The position numbers were made by a program, and so were the translations under genes. Source: Capsulimonadaceae bacterium (GTDB lineage Bacteria > Armatimonadota > Armatimonadia > Armatimonadales > Capsulimonadaceae). From it: a DNA stretch of 64,000 nucleotides. Every line of letters starts with the position of its first letter. Within the stretch, counting starts at the first letter, position 1. Below the pieces are notes generated by a model that made no database searches, was not told where the DNA came from, and saw nothing but the letters and a program-made list of their open reading frames with translations. Below are positions 1 through 8,837 of this stretch, in pieces. The stretch lies in NCBI GenBank assembly GCA_965215505.1, contig OZ244065.1, positions 2,176,001-2,240,000 of the forward strand, in the 5' to 3' direction.

Positions 1-2781
1 TACATCTTTTGGAACTTTCAGGAACCTCAGGAGGGCAAGTGGGACTTCTCCGGGGGCCACGATCTGGACGCCTTTCTAAAGCTCGTCAAGCAACTGGGCA
101 TGTACGCGACCGTGCGCGTCGGCCCCTATATCTGCGCCGAATGGGACAGCGGAGGCTTCCCGGTCTGGCTCCGGTTCAAGCCGGGCCTCAAGGTCCGCAC
201 CGATAATCCCGAGTTTGAAGCGGCCGTCGATGATCTCTACGACCACATGCTGCCCATTGTTGCTGCCAACCAGATCAACCACGGCGGCGCGGTAGTCCTC
301 GTGCAGCTCGAAAACGAGGATCCGGATGGCTGGGGCACCGAGCTTCCGAATGGTTACTTCCGACATTTGCAGGCCAAGGCGATCGCCGACGGAATCCAGG
401 TCCCCTACTTCTTCAGCGGTCTCCACCACGGCGGCGATCCCGGAGGAGACAATCCCTGGGCCAGCGCTCCGCGGACGAGCCCCTGGTACACCACCGAATT
501 CTGGCCCGGCTGGGCCGTCAACTACGGGGACCTGAACGCGGGCGACCTCCGCAAGTACGACCGCGGCACCTGGAAGATCGTCGCCCACGGCGGCAACGGC
601 TACAACTACTACATGCTCTGCGGCGGCACCAACTTCGAGACCTGGAACGATGACGAGGTCACTTCCAGCTACGACTACAGCGCTGCCATCGGCGAGTCTG
701 GCGGTCTCCGGCCCATCTACTACCGGTTCAAGCGTGCCGCCTACTTCGCAACCAGTTTTCCCAGCGTGCTGGAAGAGAGCGATAACGCTACCGACGCCTA
801 CCAGAGCGCGGCCACCAACCCTGAGATTCAGGTGACCGCCAGGAAGAGTCCGGCCGGAGCAATCCTCTTCCTGGACAACAACAGCGACAAGCCCGTGCAG
901 ACTCAGGTGAAGGGTCCGGATGGGGTTCTCTACCCGACGGCGGGGTCACTGACGGTCGATTCCGGGCAGATCGTTCCCATTGTCACCGATTACCGACTCC
1001 TTCCGGACGTCACGCTGCAGATGGCGGCCGCCAACATCCTGGGGATCGCCTCGCAGGGAGCCACCACCACCGTGGTTATCTATGGCCCGCCCGGGGACCC
1101 GGCTGAGCTGCGGTTCAGGGCTCCAGCCGGGGCGGTTGTAAAGAGCCAGACGGTGGCTTCATCCGGCTCCCTCTCCGCTGCGGGCAGCCACGGCGAGTTC
1201 GATCTGAAGGTACGGTTTGGGGAGGGCAGGCCGGGCGAAGCGACGTTCGAGATCGGTGCCGAGCGGCTGCGCGTCGTGGCTGCCAGTACGCAGGAAGCCG
1301 ATCACACCTGGTTCGTTGACGGCGGGGGCACGACCTACGTCATCGCAGGACCCGAGTACGTCGGCGACGTCAACGGCGACGCGACGACCGTCAACGTTGA
1401 GGACTACAAGAAGTACGCCGCATCGGCGTCGGCTGACGTGGTGGTCTATGGCCCGGGTGGCAGCGGACGCATTCTGTCCCGTGCCGCGGCCGACCCGAAT
1501 GCCGCGGTTGACTTTAACCCGCCAGCCCTAGGCACATGGGAGGCCCGCAGCGGCAGTGCCCAAGCAGCCGGTGACTACGCCGGTATCGGGTGGCTCGCCA
1601 GCCAGGACCCTCTCCAGATGGGGGCGGATGGCGACTACTCTGCCTATGCCTGGTACCGGGCCACAATCACTCCTCCTGCGGCCGGGACCTACACCCTCAA
1701 CTTCTCGGATGCGGGGGATTGGATCTCGGTCTTTGTCAACGGCAAGCACGCCGCCAGCAGCAAAGTCCAGGAGCGGGACAGCGGCCCCGTCGCCCGGCAC
1801 GTCACTGTCACCCTCCCGGCCGGCCCCAGCGCCGTCGCTGTCCTCGCCGCGCACTATGGGCGGAACAGGCTTCTCGGGATTCTTGGACCGATCGACACGA
1901 TCTACTCGAAGGGAGTCAGCGGTCCGGTCGCCCTCTCCCGATCCACCAATGAGGTCTCCCTCACCACCTGGCGCTGGAAATCCGACGCCAACGGCGAGGG
2001 CGACTCCGCCGCCATGACCGCCTCCGATCTGGATACCGGCGGTGCCGGTTGGAATGCGGGCAAGATCGGCGAGGACATCTTTCACGGGAAGCCGGGCTTT
2101 GCATGGTTCCGGAGCATCCTCCCCGCTGTGAAAGGCGATCACCACCAGCTCCACTTTAAATCGGTGGACGACAACGCCACCGTCTACCTGAACGGGCGCC
2201 GCCTCGCGCATCATGAAGGCTGGACCAGTCCGTTCGACGTCGCCCTGGACTCGGCGTGGAAACAGGGTGGACCCAACAACCTGGCCGTTCTGGTGCAGAA
2301 CGTTGACGGAGGTGGTGGCATCATGGGCGATGTGACGCTCACCAGCTCCGAAGGAGATCAGCCCGTGCGCGGCTGGAAGATGCAGGGCGGGCTGGGCGCC
2401 ATCAGTCCAGACCAGGGCTGGAGCCCGGCTGCCAGCGCCGGCAACACCGCCGACACCGGCGCCGCCATGTTCTACCGGACAGCCTTCACTGTCACCCCGC
2501 CAACTGCCGCCGGTCCCCACCCGATCCTGCGCGTCTCGCTTAACAGAATGTCCCGCGGCTTCGTCTGGCTCAATAGACATAACCTGGGCCGGTATCCTGA
2601 CAGGGAACCGGTGGACGGTCTGTACCTGCCCGAATGCTGGCTCAAGAATGGCGTTAACAGCCTGGTCGTCTTCGACGAAGAGGGGAATGCCCCGTCGGGA
2701 GTCAAGCTGGTTGTGGAGGCCGAAGCCTCCCGCACCATCACGCCGTGGTCCGCCGCGGGCGCCAAGAGCGTCCATCGCTAA
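1..2781 (+). CDS. GH35 beta-galactosidase with C-terminal jelly-roll domains (5' end outside the window)
   Basis: Frame is open from base 1 (YIFWNFQEPQEGKWDFSG...). GH35 motifs RVGPYICAEW, QLENE, TEFWPGW, NYYMLCGGTNF, TSSYDYSA. Confidence 0.9.
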   Translation, partial: YIFWNFQEPQEGKWDFSGGHDLDAFLKLVKQLGMYATVRVGPYICAEWDSGGFPVWLRFKPGLKVRTDNPEFEAAVDDLYDHMLPIVAANQINHGGAVVLVQLENEDPDGWGTELPNGYFRHLQAKAIADGIQVPYFFSGLHHGGDPGGDNPWASAPRTSPWYTTEFWPGWAVNYGDLNAGDLRKYDRGTWKIVAHGGNGYNYYMLCGGTNFETWNDDEVTSSYDYSAAIGESGGLRPIYYRFKRAAYFATSFPSVLEESDNATDAYQSAATNPEIQVTARKSPAGAILFLDNNSDKPVQTQVKGPDGVLYPTAGSLTVDSGQIVPIVTDYRLLPDVTLQMAAANILGIASQGATTTVVIYGPPGDPAELRFRAPAGAVVKSQTVASSGSLSAAGSHGEFDLKVRFGEGRPGEATFEIGAERLRVVAASTQEADHTWFVDGGGTTYVIAGPEYVGDVNGDATTVNVEDYKKYAASASADVVVYGPGGSGRILSRAAADPNAAVDFNPPALGTWEARSGSAQAAGDYAGIGWLASQDPLQMGADGDYSAYAWYRATITPPAAGTYTLNFSDAGDWISVFVNGKHAASSKVQERDSGPVARHVTVTLPAGPSAVAVLAAHYGRNRLLGILGPIDTIYSKGVSGPVALSRSTNEVSLTTWRWKSDANGEGDSAAMTASDLDTGGAGWNAGKIGEDIFHGKPGFAWFRSILPAVKGDHHQLHFKSVDDNATVYLNGRRLAHHEGWTSPFDVALDSAWKQGGPNNLAVLVQNVDGGGGIMGDVTLTSSEGDQPVRGWKMQGGLGAISPDQGWSPAASAGNTADTGAAMFYRTAFTVTPPTAAGPHPILRVSLNRMSRGFVWLNRHNLGRYPDREPVDGLYLPECWLKNGVNSLVVFDEEGNAPSGVKLVVEAEASRTITPWSAAGAKSVHR

Positions 2782-3154
2782 GGTCTCTGAGAAGGAGAGT
2801 CGTCGTGGCGTGCAGACCGGAGCATTGTCGGCACCCTTTGTCACGTCGATCTGCGGGAAACTCCCGCCCAATGCCAAGGGCGGTCACACATGCGCTGGAG
2901 GAGCAAGCGCGAACTGCTCGCACTCAGTAGAACGCAATGCGTCTGCCGACGGCCCAGCGGACGTCTAAGTCTATGTCAACGGCGTCCTCGCGGCGTCCGC
3001 GCCGAGATATACCGACGGCTACACTTTCCTGCCGATGTCCGATGCCGCCCGCGAGGCTCTGCATCCGGGGCAGAATGTGCTGGCTTTCCCTTGTCAACAA
3101 ATGTCATCAAATGATCGGCGGCTAGGTCGCCGATGTCAGAGTCACGGCGGAACA

Positions 3155-4333
3155 ATGAATCACTTCCAAACCTCACGGCGCGTTGCCATCCTGATGATCG
3201 TCGCGGCCATGCTCGCAGTCCTGTGCCTCCAGAGGCCTTGCAGTGCCGATCGGCAGCCTTTCCTGCACGGTGCAGACCTGTCCATGCTCAAGGTTGACGA
3301 GGACGCAGGAGTCGTTTACCGGGATCACGGACGGTCGGGCGACTCCATCCAGATTTTCAAGCAGCACGGCTGGAACATGGTCCGCCTGCGGCTCTGGGTC
3401 CACCCGAGCGGACAGAGTGGGATGGTATGCGATTTGGGTTATGTTGGGGCTTTGGCACGGCGCGCGAAGGCCGCCGGAATGAAGTTCTACTTGGACATCC
3501 ACTACTCCGATACCTGGGCCGATGCGGGCAACCAGAAGAAGCCGGCCGCATGGGCCAACGACACATTCGACACGCCCCGCAAGCTTTACGAGGATGTCTA
3601 CTGGTACACATCGAACGTCCTCTACACGCTGGCCCACACCTACCATGCCGCCCCCGACTATGTCTCGATCGGCAATGAGATCACCTACGGCATGCTCTGG
3701 CCGGACGGCTACCTGGGAGCAGTCAAGGGGGCATGGAGCAACTGGACCAAGTATGCGACCCTGGTGAACAAAGGCATTCAGGGGGCGCAGCGCGGCGCCC
3801 ACAAAGCCGGCATGACGATGCCAAAGTTCATCATTCATGTCTCGTTCGGCCCGTATTGGAACGTCGTCAATGGCTTCTTCAGCGGCCTCACGTCGGCACG
3901 GGACATTACGGGGCAGCCGGTAAGATTCGACGTCATCGGCCTGAGCTACTATCCAAACGACAAGACCGACCTGTCGGACATCAAGGGTGTGCTCGCGAAC
4001 TGCGCCCAGAAGTTCGGCAAGCCGATCTTGCTCTGCGAGACGGCTTATCAATATCGCGAGACCGGCAGCGCAAACAGCGGCCTTTATCCGCAGACCCCGG
4101 CCGGGCAAGCCGCCTATCTATCCGATCTGGTCACCGCCGTGAAAAACACGCCGGATGGACTGGGACTCGGCCTCTGCTACTGGGAACCGGAAGCGCTGCC
4201 GAATCCCGTCACCGACGCCTATGCGTATGGCAGTTGGCGGGACAGCGGATGGAGCGCCTTATTCGATACGCAAACGGGCGAGGCCGAGCCGGGAATCGCC
4301 GCCGTTGGCACAAGCGCCGCGAAGGCGAGATAA
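3155..4333 (+). CDS. GH53 endo-1,4-beta-galactanase, secreted
   Basis: GADLS, RLRLWVHP, DIHYSDTWADAGNQKKP, IGNEI, GLSYYP, CETAY, YWEP motifs; signal peptide after ATG 3155. Confidence 0.9.
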   Translation: MNHFQTSRRVAILMIVAAMLAVLCLQRPCSADRQPFLHGADLSMLKVDEDAGVVYRDHGRSGDSIQIFKQHGWNMVRLRLWVHPSGQSGMVCDLGYVGALARRAKAAGMKFYLDIHYSDTWADAGNQKKPAAWANDTFDTPRKLYEDVYWYTSNVLYTLAHTYHAAPDYVSIGNEITYGMLWPDGYLGAVKGAWSNWTKYATLVNKGIQGAQRGAHKAGMTMPKFIIHVSFGPYWNVVNGFFSGLTSARDITGQPVRFDVIGLSYYPNDKTDLSDIKGVLANCAQKFGKPILLCETAYQYRETGSANSGLYPQTPAGQAAYLSDLVTAVKNTPDGLGLGLCYWEPEALPNPVTDAYAYGSWRDSGWSALFDTQTGEAEPGIAAVGTSAAKAR

Positions 4334-4494
4334 GCTATCACCGGCTACCCTTGGTTTGGCTATCGATTTTGCCCACTGGGCCCGGATTTCGGGGAGAAGA
4401 CGTTAGCGTACGAATTTTGGTTCATCGGCACTTTCGCTGAAGCTTGCCTCCTTACGGCGTCGCGTCAAGATGCCAGGATGGGTAAAACACCCGT

Positions 4495-4685
4495 ATGTCT
4501 ACCCAGTCGATCCTGCCCGGCCTGCATCGCTTGGCGCTTGACGGGCTGCGCCTTTCCCAAGAAGTCGTCGTGGTCCAAGTCCACGCCGTCGGCCACACTG
4601 CTCTGTGCCCCCTCTGCGGCCATGGGGCGGAACGTGTCCACAACCGCTACCCGCGCACACTCCAGGACCTGCGCTGGCAGGGAAA
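4495..4685 (+). pseudogene. ISL3-family transposase N-terminal remnant (zinc-finger part only)
   Basis: CPLCG..RVHNRYPRTLQDLRWQG matches the ISL3 zinc-finger region; similarity stops abruptly after WQG. Confidence 0.7.
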
Positions 4686-6487
4686 TGCCCCTTTCTCACA
4701 CTATCAATCCTACCTTGAAAGTCCACAAGCCTACCACCCTCCTGGAGCCTGAGAAAGCGGTCCGCTAGGACATTTCGGAACGTGTCTGTGTGTCCGCTCG
4801 GCCAGCGCACCCGCACCGTGTCTGCGGCGGTCGCTGCGCCCAGGCCGATGTGAACGCGCTTGTCTGAGGAGGACAGATACGACCCGTCGGCGTGGCAGAG
4901 GCGCGTCTGCACCAGGCCCGGCGTCTCGGCCGTCACCCGCGCCCCGTAGCCGTCCCGGTTGCTCCGGTTGCCGACGAGCGACAGCGACAGCCAGTGGCCG
5001 GTCGTGGCGCTCTCGTTGCGGAGCAGGAGGGGCGCCCCCTCGCTGTCCACGACCAGCGCGTCTTCCCGCCCGTCGTTGTCGAAGTCGCCGACCGCAAGGC
5101 CCCGCCCGACGAGTGGCTTGGACAGGTCTGTCCCTGCCCGCCCACTCATGTCCACGAAGAGGTACCCGTGGTCGTTCCGGAATAGTTGCGTTGCCTGGCG
5201 GTAGCGGGTGGAAGGGTCTGCTTGGGCGATGTTGTCGCGGACGGCCCCATTGGTGATCATCAGGTCCAGCCAGCCATCGTTATCGTAGTCCAGCCACTTC
5301 ACCCCGAAGGCAACGTTGCCCGCCGTGCGGCCCGTGAGCGCGAGGGGGTCCGAGACCTCCTCGAACAGTCCCGCCCCCACATTATGGTAGACGCACTTCG
5401 GCTCCCCCTGGAAGGCCATCACCGTCAAGTCCAGCCGGCCGTCGTTATCGTAGTCGCCCCAGTCCAGTCCCATGCCGGAGTGGATCTTCCCGTGCCCATC
5501 GTAGGCGCTCCCCGACCGGCGTGCCAGGTCTATAAACCTGCCCCCGGCGTTGTGGAACTCCTCCCCCGGCCGGGTGTCATTCGCGAGATAGAAGCTCTGG
5601 CGGCCCGACCCGTCGTAGTCGGCGAAGGCGACCCCGAGGTTCTTGCCGATGCTCTGCACCCGCCACTCGGCGGAGACATCTCGGAACCGCCCCTGCCCCT
5701 CGTTGTGGTACAGCACGCCCTGTTCCGGCGGGTACATCATGGGGCTGCATGTGCCGTCCAGCCGGCCGTCATTGCAGAGCCGGTGCGGGTCGGCCGGGTC
5801 GAACTTGACGTAGCCGCAGACGAACAGGTCGAGCCGCCCGTCGCCGTCTATGTCCCCCCAGGCGCACGAAGTACCCCAGGGCTGGGGCTTCAGACCGGCT
5901 CGCGCCGTCACGTCCCGGAAGGACTTCCCCTTCTCGTTGTGCAGCAGCAGCCCGGTCCGGTAGCCGCTGAGGTAGATGTCGTCGTAGCCGTCATTGTCGT
6001 AGTCGCCGACGGCGCAGCCCAGGAAGTGGCCTTTGAGGGCGTCCAGGCCCATCGAGCGCGAAACGTCGGTGAAGTGTCCGCGCCCGTCGCCCTTGAAGAG
6101 CGCGACATGGTCGGTGCCGACCAGCAGGACCGACAGGTCGCCCGAGTTGTCATAGTCCAGGAAGGCGCAGCCGTTGCCGATAGTCTGCAGGATGTCCAGC
6201 GGCCTTGGCCCCGGCACGGTCCACCGGTAGCGCAGACCGGCCTTCTCCGCCACGTCCACGAAAGACGCCCGCGCCGCGCCCGCGCTCCCGATCGCCGCCG
6301 CGCCGGTCGGGGCGCCCGGCTCCGGGCGGTGAAGCGCCGACCAGGGAGTGCCGCGCCGGACGCTCCTGCCGGGGGCCGCCATCTCCCGCTCGAAATGGTG
6401 CGCAGTGGCGTGATAATGCGCCGCCCCCGCGAGAAGCAGGGCGGCCCCGGCCAGGGCGATCATGGCCGGCAGGCATGACGGTTTCAT
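4499..6487 (-). CDS. CRTAC1-family FG-GAP repeat / ASPIC-UnbV domain protein, secreted
   Basis: Repeated GDYDNDG.D motifs; ASPIC/UnbV segment SNRDGYGARV...SYLSSSDKRVHIGLG...VRWPSG. The last ~60 codons run antisense through the ISL3 remnant. Confidence 0.85.
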   Translation of the reverse strand: MKPSCLPAMIALAGAALLLAGAAHYHATAHHFEREMAAPGRSVRRGTPWSALHRPEPGAPTGAAAIGSAGAARASFVDVAEKAGLRYRWTVPGPRPLDILQTIGNGCAFLDYDNSGDLSVLLVGTDHVALFKGDGRGHFTDVSRSMGLDALKGHFLGCAVGDYDNDGYDDIYLSGYRTGLLLHNEKGKSFRDVTARAGLKPQPWGTSCAWGDIDGDGRLDLFVCGYVKFDPADPHRLCNDGRLDGTCSPMMYPPEQGVLYHNEGQGRFRDVSAEWRVQSIGKNLGVAFADYDGSGRQSFYLANDTRPGEEFHNAGGRFIDLARRSGSAYDGHGKIHSGMGLDWGDYDNDGRLDLTVMAFQGEPKCVYHNVGAGLFEEVSDPLALTGRTAGNVAFGVKWLDYDNDGWLDLMITNGAVRDNIAQADPSTRYRQATQLFRNDHGYLFVDMSGRAGTDLSKPLVGRGLAVGDFDNDGREDALVVDSEGAPLLLRNESATTGHWLSLSLVGNRSNRDGYGARVTAETPGLVQTRLCHADGSYLSSSDKRVHIGLGAATAADTVRVRWPSGHTDTFRNVLADRFLRLQEGGRLVDFQGRIDSVRKGHFPASAGPGVCAGSGCGHVPPHGRRGGTEQCGRRRGLGPRRLLGKGAARQAPSDAGRAGSTG

Positions 6488-6515
6488 GGCATCTTTCTGT
6501 TCCCCGAGATGCGGG

Positions 6516-8537
6516 TCAGCGGGCGAAGGTGCGGAAAAGGTTGACGTGAAAGAGGGTGCCGACGATGCTCCAGGCCGCCCCGGTCACGAAATCACCCAGG
6601 ATGAGGCCCAGGAAGAAAGGCAGGGCGCGGCGGTACACCGCCATGCCCCCGTAGCGCAGGATCAGGGCCTTAAACAGCCAAGCGACGAACATATCGCCCC
6701 AAAAGAAGTCGTTGGCGAAGGTCATATTCAGGGCATAGGGGGCCGGGTGCAGCGGGAAGCCGAGGAAGCGCGCCCGGATGGCGGCCAGCGCCATGGTCAG
6801 GGCCGCGCCGAACACCATTGCCGCCAACGCGTGCGGGTCGGCCGGCTGCGGGTCACGGAGCCAATGCTGCAAGCCGTGCCAGGCTTCCGAGCCTTTGTCG
6901 GTGCGCCAGCCGTTGACGTTCCCGGTCGCGGCGCCGTGAACATAGTAGAGCTGCAAGTCCCACAGGAGCGCCGAGGCCATAGCCACCGCCCCCGCCAGCA
7001 TCAGCGCGGGCACCAGCGGGGATAGCCGGGCGCGCGTCCGCTCCAGCCCGACGAACGCTTCTAGCTGGTGCGGCATCGCCGCCGCTCGGTAATCGAGGTT
7101 GAACCAGGACAGCGTCGCCGTGTGCGCGAGGTCCGCCTGGGAGAGGTTGGCGCTGCCCAGGACGCCGGTCAGGATGCTCTGCGGGTTGACCCACATCAGC
7201 TCAGTGGAGAGCACGGCTGTTTCGGCCCGGATGCGCGAGAGCGTCACCATCAGCAGCAAATAGACGCCCAGGAAGGCGACGGGCAGCCACCACGACCCGC
7301 CCCAGGACCAGACGAAGGCGGACAGTGCTAGGAACCCGACGAGGAAGCCGGCGACCGCCAGGCGAGCGCTCATCGGCTCGTCGGCGTCCAGGACTTTCTC
7401 GCCGCCCCGCAGGGCACGCTGCAGGTAGATCTTGAAGGACCCGCGCCCGGCCCAGAGCGCGCCCAGGCCGAGGATAAGCCAAGCTCCCCACGCCTGGTCA
7501 CCGGTGTAAGGGAACTGGGCGCTCGCATCCACGACCCAGCCGGTCGCCGGCTGGCGCCAGCCCTGGGTGACGCCCCAGACGCTGGCGGCCTTCTTGGCGA
7601 GGTAGAAGAACCAGAGGGAGAACGAGACGTCCGTGTTGACCAGATACCCGAAGCCCACACCCGAGGGGTGAAGCTGATAGAACAGCGACCCGACGCCGGT
7701 CCACGGGAACTGCAACGGGGCGTCCCAGAGCAGATCGTGGGTGCTGTTGATGGGGAACGACGGCAGAGTGGGGTAGACGCTCTGGAGCGAGTTGAGTGAG
7801 TGCAGGGCGCAGGGCAGGGCGAAGCCCAGCCACAGCAGGCGGCTGCGGTAGAGGGGCGCCCCTTCGCGTGTCATCTCCAGGGGCAGGGCGATGACTGGGA
7901 AGGGCAGATGCTCCTCATCGGCCCAGCGGCGGCGAAGGATGGCGGCAAGGCAGAGGGTCGTCCAAAGCAGGATCAGAAAGAAGACGCCCCATGTCAGAAG
8001 GTGCGGTGCCCAGGCGGCCATGACCTCGGGCCGGAAGAAGGTGGAGTGGCCCGCGTAGAACCCCTGTAGGACTGCCGGGTCGCGCGGGCCGACGGCGGGC
8101 GGCAACAGGTGCTGGAACTCGCGCCAGCCGTTGCTGTTGTCGGCGAAATAGAAGGCGTTGGACAGGAACGGGGTGAAGAACCCGATGTTCCCCACACCCG
8201 CCACGGCACTCGACATGGACAGCAGGCTGTAGAGCGCCATCATCTCGGGCTGGTTCATGGCCGCCGCCCCGGCCAGTCGGCGGACTAGGAGGTTCAGCAG
8301 GGTGAGCACGAACAGCAGGAAGGTGACTCCTAGAAAGAGCGTGGAGATGGTCATTTCGGTCATGCCGGCCCGCATCTCCGAGTTCGCGATCCAGCCCGTG
8401 TTGAGGACGATCAGCGGCAGGGTGACGGCGGCGACGTACCCCCAGCGGACGGGGACGGGGTCTGCCGGCGCGCTGCTTCCCTCCGGGGGTGACATCGCTT
8501 GCCCCGGCGCATCATGTGCCGTCTTGTTCATCGGCAT
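6516..8537 (-). CDS. DUF6785/DUF6784-like polytopic membrane protein (putative OPT-like transporter)
   Basis: Many hydrophobic helices; RRRWADEEHLPFP and FPLHPAPY...PFFLGLILGDF motifs typical of this family. Confidence 0.65.
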   Translation of the reverse strand: MPMNKTAHDAPGQAMSPPEGSSAPADPVPVRWGYVAAVTLPLIVLNTGWIANSEMRAGMTEMTISTLFLGVTFLLFVLTLLNLLVRRLAGAAAMNQPEMMALYSLLSMSSAVAGVGNIGFFTPFLSNAFYFADNSNGWREFQHLLPPAVGPRDPAVLQGFYAGHSTFFRPEVMAAWAPHLLTWGVFFLILLWTTLCLAAILRRRWADEEHLPFPVIALPLEMTREGAPLYRSRLLWLGFALPCALHSLNSLQSVYPTLPSFPINSTHDLLWDAPLQFPWTGVGSLFYQLHPSGVGFGYLVNTDVSFSLWFFYLAKKAASVWGVTQGWRQPATGWVVDASAQFPYTGDQAWGAWLILGLGALWAGRGSFKIYLQRALRGGEKVLDADEPMSARLAVAGFLVGFLALSAFVWSWGGSWWLPVAFLGVYLLLMVTLSRIRAETAVLSTELMWVNPQSILTGVLGSANLSQADLAHTATLSWFNLDYRAAAMPHQLEAFVGLERTRARLSPLVPALMLAGAVAMASALLWDLQLYYVHGAATGNVNGWRTDKGSEAWHGLQHWLRDPQPADPHALAAMVFGAALTMALAAIRARFLGFPLHPAPYALNMTFANDFFWGDMFVAWLFKALILRYGGMAVYRRALPFFLGLILGDFVTGAAWSIVGTLFHVNLFRTFAR

Positions 8538-8585
8538 TGTTGTTCATCGGTCTTTTCGTACATCGGCATTGTTGTTCGTCGTCCG

Positions 8586-8642
8586 TCACCTCTGGTAGAC
8601 CCAGGTGTACGTGTAATGTCGCGTCGGGGTCGGGTCATTAAG
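8586..8642 (-). pseudogene. C-terminal remnant of a fourth DUF2961 paralogue
   Basis: Translates LNDPTPTRHYTYTWVYQR*, versus [18 protein letters not shown] in the intact paralogues. Confidence 0.65.
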
Positions 8643-8837
8643 ACCGGAGAGGATGCGCCTGCCGCGTCCGGCGTCGGGCCTTCTCCCGGTCTCTCATTAG
8701 GTCCGTTTTGCATGACAAGTTCCGTTTTCCGCGCCACGACTCCGGCTGCACTGCACCTGACGCCTAGTTGCCGAAACGCCCTGTCCGGGCTTTCCCGGCC
8801 CAGCTGCATCCACGGCGTTGGCTCCGGCACCGCGACC

